DNA of 64,000 nt, taken from IMG/VR virus record IMGVR_UViG_3300028591_000084. One strand, written 5' to 3'. Position numbers and translations under genes: made by a program. The DNA comes from a virus (lineage: Duplodnaviria; Caudoviricetes). Within the stretch, counting starts at the first letter, position 1. The number at the start of each line of letters is the position of its first letter. This document shows, one piece after another, positions 56,449-64,000 of this stretch. Below the pieces are notes generated by a model. The model did no database searches. It saw only the letters and a list, made by a program, of their open reading frames with translations, and was not told the DNA's origin.

Positions 56449-58014
56449 TTAATTAGTAATCTCAATTGGATTAATTTCAGGCATTATATCGAAAGCCGGA
56501 GACCCAAGTCTCTTTGCAGTCTTTCTGATAGTCTTCAAGTTATATTGATATCTCTTGCAGGATAGCGTTACTGTTTCCAAGATATTCTTAACCTCATCAC
56601 TATAATGCTTGTTAGGATCGTTGACTAGGTTACTAGTTACTCTCATCAATCCTGCAATATTATTCCATAAAGCAATATACTTGACAAATTTATCAGGGTT
56701 GTTAACCAAATCCTGCTTAATCTTATCACCATCATCAATACTAAGTTGATTAGCTCTAATAGTGGCAACAACTCTTTCACCAAGCACCTCAATTACATGA
56801 TCATCTAGGGGACGATCAATGTTAGCTAGATCCTTCTCAGCAACCAAACTTTCAATCTTCTTAGTAATAGCAATAATATTACCGTCATCAATAGGTTTAT
56901 TTGCTGCATCATCCTTGTTAGTTTCAAGAATGTCATAGAAGAATTGATTGTATTGAGGAAGAAGATCATTACTCATCTTCTCAATATCGTTAGCTGCATC
57001 AGCAATAGCTTGCATATATCTGTTGGTTACGATCTCTTTTTTCAGCTCATCATTATTTCCACGACTTAGAGCCAAACCTACCGTACCATGAACAACTTTC
57101 TGAAAATTGTTACTAGTCAAACCAGACTTTCCATAATTGATATAACAAGCCACAGCCGCATCAATCAGATAACAGAGAGTACGGAATGTTGCGATATTAG
57201 GAACACCCATCCCCTCATTATCCTGATTTCCAGAATAAATATCCTTAAGTTCTGTTACTGAAGGCACATTGATACCTTCACGGATTTGCATACCTGCCTC
57301 AATCTCAACGGCGCTCTCTAGAATCTCACCTATCTTGTTAATCTGTTCGTCTGATATATTCTTAATACCACCTTCCTCTAAAGCATCGGAAGCCTTCTTC
57401 AACTCATCATACAGGTTAACTCTGTTTCCTGTCATTGAGCCCTTATACTTACACAAGAAGTGCTTCAAATCAGATGCCTGAGGAACAAGATTTACTATAA
57501 AGAATCGATTCAACATTGGAGCAATAACCTCCATCTCAGAACTCAGGTTGTCTGCATAATTACCTGCAGCACAAAGAATCACATTTGAACCGCCGCCAAT
57601 AAACTCATCGTGGCACTTTCTATCGAAAATAATATTCAATGCAGCACCTTGAGTATGACTGTCGGCAACCGTAATTTCATCGAAGAATAATAAGACTTTT
57701 TTACCCTCATCCAGGAGATTCAAGGTCTTCTGAAACCATGACGGTCTGATATGCTTGGCTGACGTTACTGTTGCATCGTTTGTATTAGCAGCAATGTCAT
57801 ATCCAGTCAGAGTATCCGGGGTCTCATTTGATATTCTCAACAATACCATTTCGTACCCATGGATATCACACCACATCTTAACCGCAGTAGATTTTCCAAG
57901 ACCTACATTACCAAGAAATAAGGGGCTAATAAATCTTCCAAGTCTTTCTTGACATGTTCTAGTCATGTTTAACGACATAAAAATCGTTACGTCGATTGAA
58001 TTACTAAAATCCAT
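56449..58014 (-). CDS. MoxR/dynein-related AAA+ ATPase
   Basis: GNVGLGKS, LFFDEI, AAGN and LNRF. Upstream of the vWA gene; promoter motif at 58055-58075. Confidence 0.85.
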   Translation of the reverse strand: MDFSNSIDVTIFMSLNMTRTCQERLGRFISPLFLGNVGLGKSTAVKMWCDIHGYEMVLLRISNETPDTLTGYDIAANTNDATVTSAKHIRPSWFQKTLNLLDEGKKVLLFFDEITVADSHTQGAALNIIFDRKCHDEFIGGGSNVILCAAGNYADNLSSEMEVIAPMLNRFFIVNLVPQASDLKHFLCKYKGSMTGNRVNLYDELKKASDALEEGGIKNISDEQINKIGEILESAVEIEAGMQIREGINVPSVTELKDIYSGNQDNEGMGVPNIATFRTLCYLIDAAVACYINYGKSGLTSNNFQKVVHGTVGLALSRGNNDELKKEIVTNRYMQAIADAANDIEKMSNDLLPQYNQFFYDILETNKDDAANKPIDDGNIIAITKKIESLVAEKDLANIDRPLDDHVIEVLGERVVATIRANQLSIDDGDKIKQDLVNNPDKFVKYIALWNNIAGLMRVTSNLVNDPNKHYSDEVKNILETVTLSCKRYQYNLKTIRKTAKRLGSPAFDIMPEINPIEITN

Positions 58015-58054
58015 TTTTTCTTTTAATTTTTGTTGTTCTTTAAATATAATTTGT

Positions 58055-58075
58055 CATATATAAGAGAATCACGGG
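58055..58075 (-). promoter_or_regulatory. promoter motif CCCGTGATTCTCTTATATATG
   Basis: Consensus match. Confidence 0.65.
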
Positions 58076-58093
58076 TTAGTAGAAGCAAAATAT

Positions 58094-58528
58094 TTAAATG
58101 GGAAACAAATTTTTTAATTGTATTTCCTCAAACTTATCAACTATATTATTAATGATAATGTCCCTCTGTTTTACTACTTCCTCAAGGGTAATCGTATAAT
58201 AGTAGTTTATGCTTCCTTCGAATTTTATTTCAACTCTTATTGAATTCTCTTGTGTAACATAAATATTAATAGTCAAACAGGAAATAGACTCTAAAAATAA
58301 TTTACTGATTGAGGTCCAAAGTTCTTTATCTTCGTTAATGAGAATCTTTTCACTAATTTCATTTAATATAGATCTCATATCGGCGAAGAATTTTTGAAGA
58401 ACTTTCTTTAATTTTGGCTTGATATGGATTATCTGTTCATAATCCGAAGCTAATTCACAATACCAAAACTTATAAAATACTGAACAAGGCTTACATTCTA
58501 TTATAGGAACTTTAGATAGTTTCATCAT
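58094..58528 (-). CDS. hypothetical protein, paralog family C
   Basis: 144 aa ending QLKNLFPI. Confidence 0.6.
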   Translation of the reverse strand: MMKLSKVPIIECKPCSVFYKFWYCELASDYEQIIHIKPKLKKVLQKFFADMRSILNEISEKILINEDKELWTSISKLFLESISCLTINIYVTQENSIRVEIKFEGSINYYYTITLEEVVKQRDIIINNIVDKFEEIQLKNLFPI

Positions 58529-58953
58529 ATTTTCAAAAGATGATTAAGTTGATAATTAAGAACTTGATTGGAAATCTCTCTTGCTAAAGATTTCTTTGTA
58601 TATTTCTTCTTACGGCTATAGAACTCTGTCATTTCTTCATTTGTATAGACAACTAGGTCTTTCTCTCCGAAAAATTTAATCTTAATTGAATTAATTTTAT
58701 CAGTCTTTGAGTTAAGATCAATCTCAACTTCTATTTCTCTTAGAAAAATTCCTAACATTATTTCAACAAAAGAAGTTATATAAGTATCGTTAGGAATCTC
58801 ATTAAATACATCCGAGATAATAGTATATTTTAAAAGACTCATCCCAACCTTTATACGATTAAATCTTAATCCTCCTACATCAAAACAACTAGGCGTTTTC
58901 TTTTTACCATCAACAAGAATTGAATAATGCGTTATTATATCTGACATCTTCAT
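58525..58953 (-). CDS. hypothetical protein, paralog family C
   Basis: 142 aa ending YQLNHLLKI. Confidence 0.65.
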   Translation of the reverse strand: MKMSDIITHYSILVDGKKKTPSCFDVGGLRFNRIKVGMSLLKYTIISDVFNEIPNDTYITSFVEIMLGIFLREIEVEIDLNSKTDKINSIKIKFFGEKDLVVYTNEEMTEFYSRKKKYTKKSLAREISNQVLNYQLNHLLKI

Positions 58954-59384
58954 ACTGGCAAAAGATGATTAAGTTGATAATCAAGAGCCTTCATTATTAA
59001 AAAATTCTCTAGTTCAGGCGTCGAGTAATATTTTCGTTCTAATATTGACCAGAAACGCTCCAGATCATCACTGACAAAAGTTATCTTCTCAGTCATATGA
59101 AAGTCAATCGTTATTACTGGATCATAACTATTTTTTAAAAAATCAACAGTAATATTGATATGGCCGAATAAATAAGATATCATATTGTCGACATAGTTAT
59201 ACTCAAATGAACCAATATCTTCCCTTAGTTGATTAATTACTGAGGTTCTGAGATTTACTATGTCTGATTTTATTTTATTATATTGTATCACATATCTTGG
59301 ATTTGAATGATTAGTCTTTACTTCAATTTCACTTATATGTATACCTTCTATAAACAAATCAAAATGTATAAATAAATTTGTCAT
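58950..59384 (-). CDS. hypothetical protein, paralog family C
   Basis: 144 aa ending YQLNHLLPV. Confidence 0.65.
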   Translation of the reverse strand: MTNLFIHFDLFIEGIHISEIEVKTNHSNPRYVIQYNKIKSDIVNLRTSVINQLREDIGSFEYNYVDNMISYLFGHINITVDFLKNSYDPVITIDFHMTEKITFVSDDLERFWSILERKYYSTPELENFLIMKALDYQLNHLLPV

Positions 59385-59455
59385 TTCTAAAAGTAAGGTT
59401 TTTAAATGAAATGAAAAATTTACCGGTGAGGAACAGTTATCTCCTTATAAGTGTT

Positions 59456-60253
59456 ATGAAACAATATTTAGATATTTTGAAAAAAACCTTAAATGAAGGG
59501 ACAGATCGTATTGATCGAACTGGAGTAGGAACAAGGGCTATTTTTGGAACATCTACCAGGTATAACTTGGCTGATGGTAAATTTCCCTTATTGACTACTA
59601 AAAAACTCTTTACTAGAGGTATTATTGAAGAATTGTTATGGTTCATTAGTGGTTCTACAAATGCTAAGGATCTTCAAGCAAAAAATGTCCATATTTGGGA
59701 TGAATGGGCTGGCCCTGATGGTGAATTGGGACCTGTCTATGGTAAACAGTGGAGATCCTGGACAATGCCAGATGGTTCTGGAAAGGATCAACTAATGGAA
59801 GTTATTAGTGATATAAAACAAAATCCCTCAAGTAGAAGACTAATTGTTTCATCTTGGAATGTTGGTGAGATACCTGATATGGCTTTACCTCCATGTCATT
59901 GTTTCTATCAATTTTTTGTTAGAGGGGAATATTTAGATCTTCAACTCTATCAGAGAAGTTGCGATATTTTCTTAGGGATGCCTTTTAATATTGCTTCTTA
60001 CTCATTACTTTTAATGATGGTAGCACAAGTAACGGGATTGAAGCCTGGAGAGTTTATTCATACGACTGGGGATACTCATCTGTATAGTAATCACTTTGAA
60101 CAGGCTAAACTGCAATTAACGAGAGAACCAAGAGAGTTACCAACAATGACAATCAATCCGGAAGTGACTGATATTACGAAATTTACAGTTACTGATTTTG
60201 TCTTGTCTGATTATAATCCTTGGCCTGCTATTAAAGCTCCAATTGCAGTATGA
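59456..60253 (+). CDS. thyA: thymidylate synthase
   Basis: [31 protein letters not shown] and PFNIASY. Start revised to ATG 59456, 2 nt after the promoter core. Confidence 0.97.
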   Translation: MKQYLDILKKTLNEGTDRIDRTGVGTRAIFGTSTRYNLADGKFPLLTTKKLFTRGIIEELLWFISGSTNAKDLQAKNVHIWDEWAGPDGELGPVYGKQWRSWTMPDGSGKDQLMEVISDIKQNPSSRRLIVSSWNVGEIPDMALPPCHCFYQFFVRGEYLDLQLYQRSCDIFLGMPFNIASYSLLLMMVAQVTGLKPGEFIHTTGDTHLYSNHFEQAKLQLTREPRELPTMTINPEVTDITKFTVTDFVLSDYNPWPAIKAPIAV

Positions 60254-60340
60254 AGACCTATCGAGAATTCTTGATTGGCTGCCTCACTAAAGCACCGGAT
60301 ATTAGTGAGATTAAAGAAATATTGTCGGAATTAGAAAGAA

Positions 60341-60832
60341 ATGAAAATATCAATGATTGCAGCAGTGGCTACGGGTAATTTTGCTATTGGAAGAAATGGA
60401 GACTTATGTTTCCATATTTCTGATGATCTTAAGCATTTTAAGGAATTAACTATGGGACATCCTATTATTATGGGATCTAATACAATGAGAAGTATTGAAA
60501 TTCCTCTGCCTGGGCGTAGAAATATGGTACTCAGTAGAAATCCTAATCTTCTTACTGCTGATGATTTTGAAGTTTACAGTAGCTTAGAGGAAGCATTGAA
60601 GGCTTGCGAGCAGGAAGACGAAGTGTTTATTATTGGAGGTGGTCAGGTTTATAAAGAGGCTTATCCGCTAGCAGACACTCTATATCTAACTGAGATCTTT
60701 GAATCTCCTCAAGGAGCTGACACATTCTTCCCTCCATATCACCACGACTTTAAGTGTGTTGAAAGAGAGTATCATTATAGTGAGGGAAAATATAGATTCG
60801 AGTTTACCAAATATGTCAGATATAATACATAG
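60341..60832 (+). CDS. folA: dihydrofolate reductase
   Basis: IG..GDL, DLKHFKELT, IIMG, LPGRRN, IIGGGQVY and ADTFFP. Confidence 0.95.
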   Translation: MKISMIAAVATGNFAIGRNGDLCFHISDDLKHFKELTMGHPIIMGSNTMRSIEIPLPGRRNMVLSRNPNLLTADDFEVYSSLEEALKACEQEDEVFIIGGGQVYKEAYPLADTLYLTEIFESPQGADTFFPPYHHDFKCVEREYHYSEGKYRFEFTKYVRYNT

Positions 60833-61817
60833 ATGTCCGTACTGTAGTTTTACTTTTACAGACTTAGCGGACTTAGAAAATCATTTAAAGGAAGAGCATT
60901 ACCTAACAATGCAGGCCTATTATGAATTGGAGGAGCTAAGAACGGTTGCTCCTGAAACCTGCTATAAATGTGGAAAAGATAGAACTCCCCTGACTTATTA
61001 TTTGCCGGGAGGTTATTATCTACCTTGTTGGGGATGCTTGACAAACAAATTTGAAAGATCACAAAATACAACTATTATCTTATCGGCTATTAAGAATTAC
61101 TTCTCTAAACTTGTTAATGATAGATACTTACAAATGTTCCTTGTTAGTGATATGTACTTTACCTGGACATTAAGTCATACTTATGACGAGTTTAAAGAAG
61201 TTCTTAAGAATCTTGAGAAATATAATAGAAGTAAAATCTGGTTCCTGGATTGGATCCCTGGATATCCTAAAACAATCTGTTTAGATAATATTGATGGAAT
61301 TCAAGTTAAATTGATCGATGACTGGTATTCAGTGGAATCAGAGCCGGGGGAAATTAAAATCAATTCCTGGAAAGTTATTATGCCAGAGATCATACCATTT
61401 GATCAAAGACATCACTCCAGGTATAACTTACTGAACCTAGCCGCTGATTCTAAAGGTACTAAGAGACTGAGACTCAAAGGTGTCGGAGAGGGTGATACTT
61501 GTGTTAAACTATTTAATAATGGAGAAATGAAATCTCTCTTTCAAATAGTTGACTTAGAGGGTAATCCTATCGAACGACTATCAGAACAAGATCTGACTGT
61601 TACAAAATTAGTATTAATGAGAAATAAACCTTTCATGAAATTAATTTGGTCAGTCTTAGAGGAGATTTTAAGTACTTCTTGTATTTTTAGTGATTCAGCT
61701 TTCTTAAGGAATACTATTACAATTAATCCTGATGAGAGATCTGGTATTAAACTAAATTTTTCTTGGGATCCTTCAAATTATAAAGAAACCTATAATATTA
61801 ATTTATCAATTTTATGA
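60813..61817 (+). CDS. Zn-finger protein (C2H2 + CxxC pairs)
   Basis: CPYC...HLKEEH, CYKC...CWGC. Start revised to MSDIIHR. Confidence 0.7.
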   Translation: MSDIIHRCPYCSFTFTDLADLENHLKEEHYLTMQAYYELEELRTVAPETCYKCGKDRTPLTYYLPGGYYLPCWGCLTNKFERSQNTTIILSAIKNYFSKLVNDRYLQMFLVSDMYFTWTLSHTYDEFKEVLKNLEKYNRSKIWFLDWIPGYPKTICLDNIDGIQVKLIDDWYSVESEPGEIKINSWKVIMPEIIPFDQRHHSRYNLLNLAADSKGTKRLRLKGVGEGDTCVKLFNNGEMKSLFQIVDLEGNPIERLSEQDLTVTKLVLMRNKPFMKLIWSVLEEILSTSCIFSDSAFLRNTITINPDERSGIKLNFSWDPSNYKETYNINLSIL

Positions 61818-63058
61818 GTAAATTCAAAATTCAGGGTATTGGTCTTGATACGAGCACAATAGATTATAAGCCAGAAAATCTCTATGAGAATTTTGATTAT
61901 GTTTATACTTCAATCAGGGCTAATAACGACTACTTGGTCAGTGACGCCATAAGTAGTATTAAGAAAACGCCAACTCTTATCGTCTCTACCGACTATCTAG
62001 ATAATATTAATATTGGTCTGGAAGAACATTTGAAAGCTCTAGATAGAAAGTTCTGTCAGCTTTTACTTGTTGATGCTGGAGCAAATTGGGCATTTACTTC
62101 TTATCTACTTAATGACGAATGTAAGGCGCTTTATGAGAATATAGGTATTGAAAATCCTAAAGACCTAGACCAATTAAAAGAACTAATTGAAAAAGCTGGA
62201 AGTCAAGGAATTAAAATTGAGTATGTTTCAATTCACATCAGTCCCTTTGAGTTTAATAAAGAGCTAATTGAGTTTTGTGTTGAGAATAAAATTACTATCC
62301 TTGGTACTAATCCAATGGGCGGTTATCTCAGCGCAAATAGAAATATTGAAACTTTCTCAGTACCTTATCTACTCGGTTTTGCAGCTAATTACGCGGATAT
62401 TGTCTTTTTATCGGGTAGAAATTTAGTTAAAGCTTCGGATGATCTAGCTTACTTAACAGAATTGATTGGAACTGAAGCAGGAAATGAGTATACCCTAAGC
62501 AAGAGTGTTTATAAGCCTGTTAAACCACTAAAAAAGGCTATCTACACGTCCATTCAGCTTGGAAATAAGACTATTGTTCCTTATGACTGTCCAGAGCTTT
62601 GTGTTGATCCTAGGGTACTTGTTACTAAAATTGGGTCTTACGTTAATACTGTGAAGAAAATCAGTGGTAAGAAAAAACTTGAGTCTACTGCTGATCTTGA
62701 AACGGAGGGCACTGAACCACTTGATGCTGAAACTGAAAACTTCCTTAAACTGCTTTACTATCCCTCTGATGGAACTCTGGAAGACTGTTTTGCTATCGCC
62801 AGGTATAAAGTTCTTAATTTTCTTAGGGTTACGTTGACTAAAGCTGAAGGGTGGGATTTTCAGTCATTTAAGATCGGAAACAATATCCTCTTAATAACGG
62901 CTAGTAAAGAACCTAAAGTAGAAGGTTTTTTGATTTGGAAAAATCTGAAAATTGAAAAGCCAAGAGAGTTTATGCTCGTTTTCCCAGATAAAGATAAGGA
63001 TAGTATAATCTTCCAAGAATTAGTCCACCCTGAACAGAAAGAATTACTTAGCAAATAG
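61814..63058 (+). CDS. degenerate aldo/keto-reductase-fold protein
   Basis: IGLDT, LKALD...LLLV, IGIEN, ISPF and ELIEFC..NKI...PMGG. Catalytic tetrad not evident. Confidence 0.55.
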   Translation: MSKFKIQGIGLDTSTIDYKPENLYENFDYVYTSIRANNDYLVSDAISSIKKTPTLIVSTDYLDNINIGLEEHLKALDRKFCQLLLVDAGANWAFTSYLLNDECKALYENIGIENPKDLDQLKELIEKAGSQGIKIEYVSIHISPFEFNKELIEFCVENKITILGTNPMGGYLSANRNIETFSVPYLLGFAANYADIVFLSGRNLVKASDDLAYLTELIGTEAGNEYTLSKSVYKPVKPLKKAIYTSIQLGNKTIVPYDCPELCVDPRVLVTKIGSYVNTVKKISGKKKLESTADLETEGTEPLDAETENFLKLLYYPSDGTLEDCFAIARYKVLNFLRVTLTKAEGWDFQSFKIGNNILLITASKEPKVEGFLIWKNLKIEKPREFMLVFPDKDKDSIIFQELVHPEQKELLSK

Positions 63059-63104
63059 GTGTAATTCCTTAATAATAAATAATGAAATTAATTTTTAAAA
63101 AGTT

Positions 63105-63653
63105 ATGAGAATTTATAATGCAAAAAATTCTTTGGTAGACATCCCTCTGCCAGGTTCGAAGGTTAGAGTTGTTATTCCTGCACATTCAATTAGTCAGGAT
63201 GTTCTTCCCAGTGATGAGCTTTTTACAATGTTGGCTACAAACTTTGAGGCTAACGAGTTGGCTCTCATTGTTAATGGTCCCTTTGAGGTCAATCTTGCAG
63301 CTAAGTCACCTGCTGTTACTCCAATGATAGTTAATAGCATTGACGAGGCAATTAAGAGATTTACTGAAGAGGATGATAAGCCGGAGTTGAAGATTGAGCA
63401 TGCTGCTGAAACTCCAGAACCTATTGAAGAGACTGCTCCTGCTGTTGAAGAGGAGAAGCCTGAAGACAAAAGTGTAATGAATCTGAACCCTGCACCTGAA
63501 GAGGATGTCAAGGATGAACCTGAAGTGCCTTCCTTTCCGGAAGTTAATGAGGTTGCTGGTAACGTCGATGTTGTAGAAGAAACTCCAGCACCCGCTTCTG
63601 AAAAACCTATTGAGAAAGCTAAGCGTAAAGCTAGAAGAATCAAGAAAGGTTAA
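63105..63653 (+). CDS. hypothetical protein with acidic Pro-rich tail
   Basis: 182-aa ORF. Confidence 0.7.
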   Translation: MRIYNAKNSLVDIPLPGSKVRVVIPAHSISQDVLPSDELFTMLATNFEANELALIVNGPFEVNLAAKSPAVTPMIVNSIDEAIKRFTEEDDKPELKIEHAAETPEPIEETAPAVEEEKPEDKSVMNLNPAPEEDVKDEPEVPSFPEVNEVAGNVDVVEETPAPASEKPIEKAKRKARRIKKG

Positions 63654-63711
63654 TTAAACAAATTTTATGGGGTCCTTGAGAGATTAATTTCTCCCAAGGA
63701 TCTCTTTCTTT

Positions 63712-64000
63712 ATGGAGTACAAAGAGGTTAATACCCGAAGTGGTAAACATATTGTATTTTGTGATTTTAAGGAATTATTAACGGAATTTTATAAAGTCAG
63801 TTCCTTTGAAGAGATAGAGAATAGAGCTAATAGCGCAGGAGAATTTATTATTCACTGCCCATTCTGTAAGAAGGAAGGACATAGAAAACATAAACTCTAT
63901 ATTAAGAATGACTTGACGGTTGGACATTGTTTCGTCTGTTGTAGAGATTTTATTAATGTAAATGACGAAATTAATTTAAAGTTTAACTTGTCGGGGCTTC
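63712..64000 (+). CDS. probable DNA primase, N-terminal Zn-binding domain (runs off the right edge)
   Basis: Manual translation MEYKEVNTRSG...IIHCPFC...KHKLYI...GHCFVC. Confidence 0.6.
   Translation, partial: MEYKEVNTRSGKHIVFCDFKELLTEFYKVSSFEEIENRANSAGEFIIHCPFCKKEGHRKHKLYIKNDLTVGHCFVCCRDFINVNDEINLKFNLSGL

Noticed and set aside
60250-60378. Possible 42-aa ORF between thyA and folA
   Set aside because: It has an ATGA overlap with thyA but also overlaps the folA start and shows no motif, so support is insufficient.
976-63643. Numerous short ORF-track entries nested in or antisense to long genes (e.g. 976..1386, 8513..8887, 33962..34300, 38041..38478, 55674..55994, 63194..63643)
   Set aside because: Shadow frames of well-supported genes, with no motifs or expression signals.
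1-64000. Stop-codon reassignment (as in some gut phages)
   Set aside because: Conserved genes read through intact under code 11, TAG ends at least two ORFs (11371, 63058), and the tRNA anticodon is UUG, not CUA.
1-64000. Bacterial chromosome origin suggested by rpoB/rpoC, groEL, infA and thyA
   Set aside because: These genes lack their bacterial operon context (no ribosomal-protein genes), the RNAP and GroEL are highly divergent, and they are embedded among phage-type replication genes and ORFans.

Overview
AT-rich, gene-dense segment of a large (jumbo-type) tailed-phage genome in the standard genetic code. The host is probably a Bacteroidota (inferred from SD-less A-rich leaders and a TAnnTTTG-like promoter element). 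It encodes its own multi-subunit RNA polymerase: beta (join 8115..6788, 6615..4761) and beta' (join 13184..12046, 11295..10273, 9925..8713), interrupted by three group I introns whose P1/P7/P10 helices are readable in the sequence. One intron is only 172 nt, one carries a GIY-YIG-like homing nuclease, and one appears to end in A instead of G. Other recognisable genes: 5'-3' exonuclease, intein-containing DnaB-like helicase, NAD-dependent ligase, RusA-like resolvase, RNase HI, primase (partial), GMP reductase/IMPDH, dUTPase, ThyA, DHFR, GroES/GroEL, IF-1, ParM-like actin, a MoxR-type AAA+/vWA pair, an Acb1-like 2H phosphoesterase and tRNA-Gln. The most unusual signals are non-coding. (1) A five-unit array at 19985-20502 where each unit is promoter + variable segment + conserved hairpin/U-tract, a candidate small-RNA array; two units look antisense to translation starts. 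(2) A ~300-nt structured RNA with ten AAAGNNN heptamers directly after a DIP1984-like coiled-coil gene. (3) A ~185-nt multi-stem RNA next to the tRNA. (4) A ~320-bp nested inverted-repeat region in front of an SF2-helicase-like gene. A window-wide 21-bp promoter motif (CCC-N7-YCTTA-N4-TG) ties these together. All calls come from motif reading by eye; no database searches were run.
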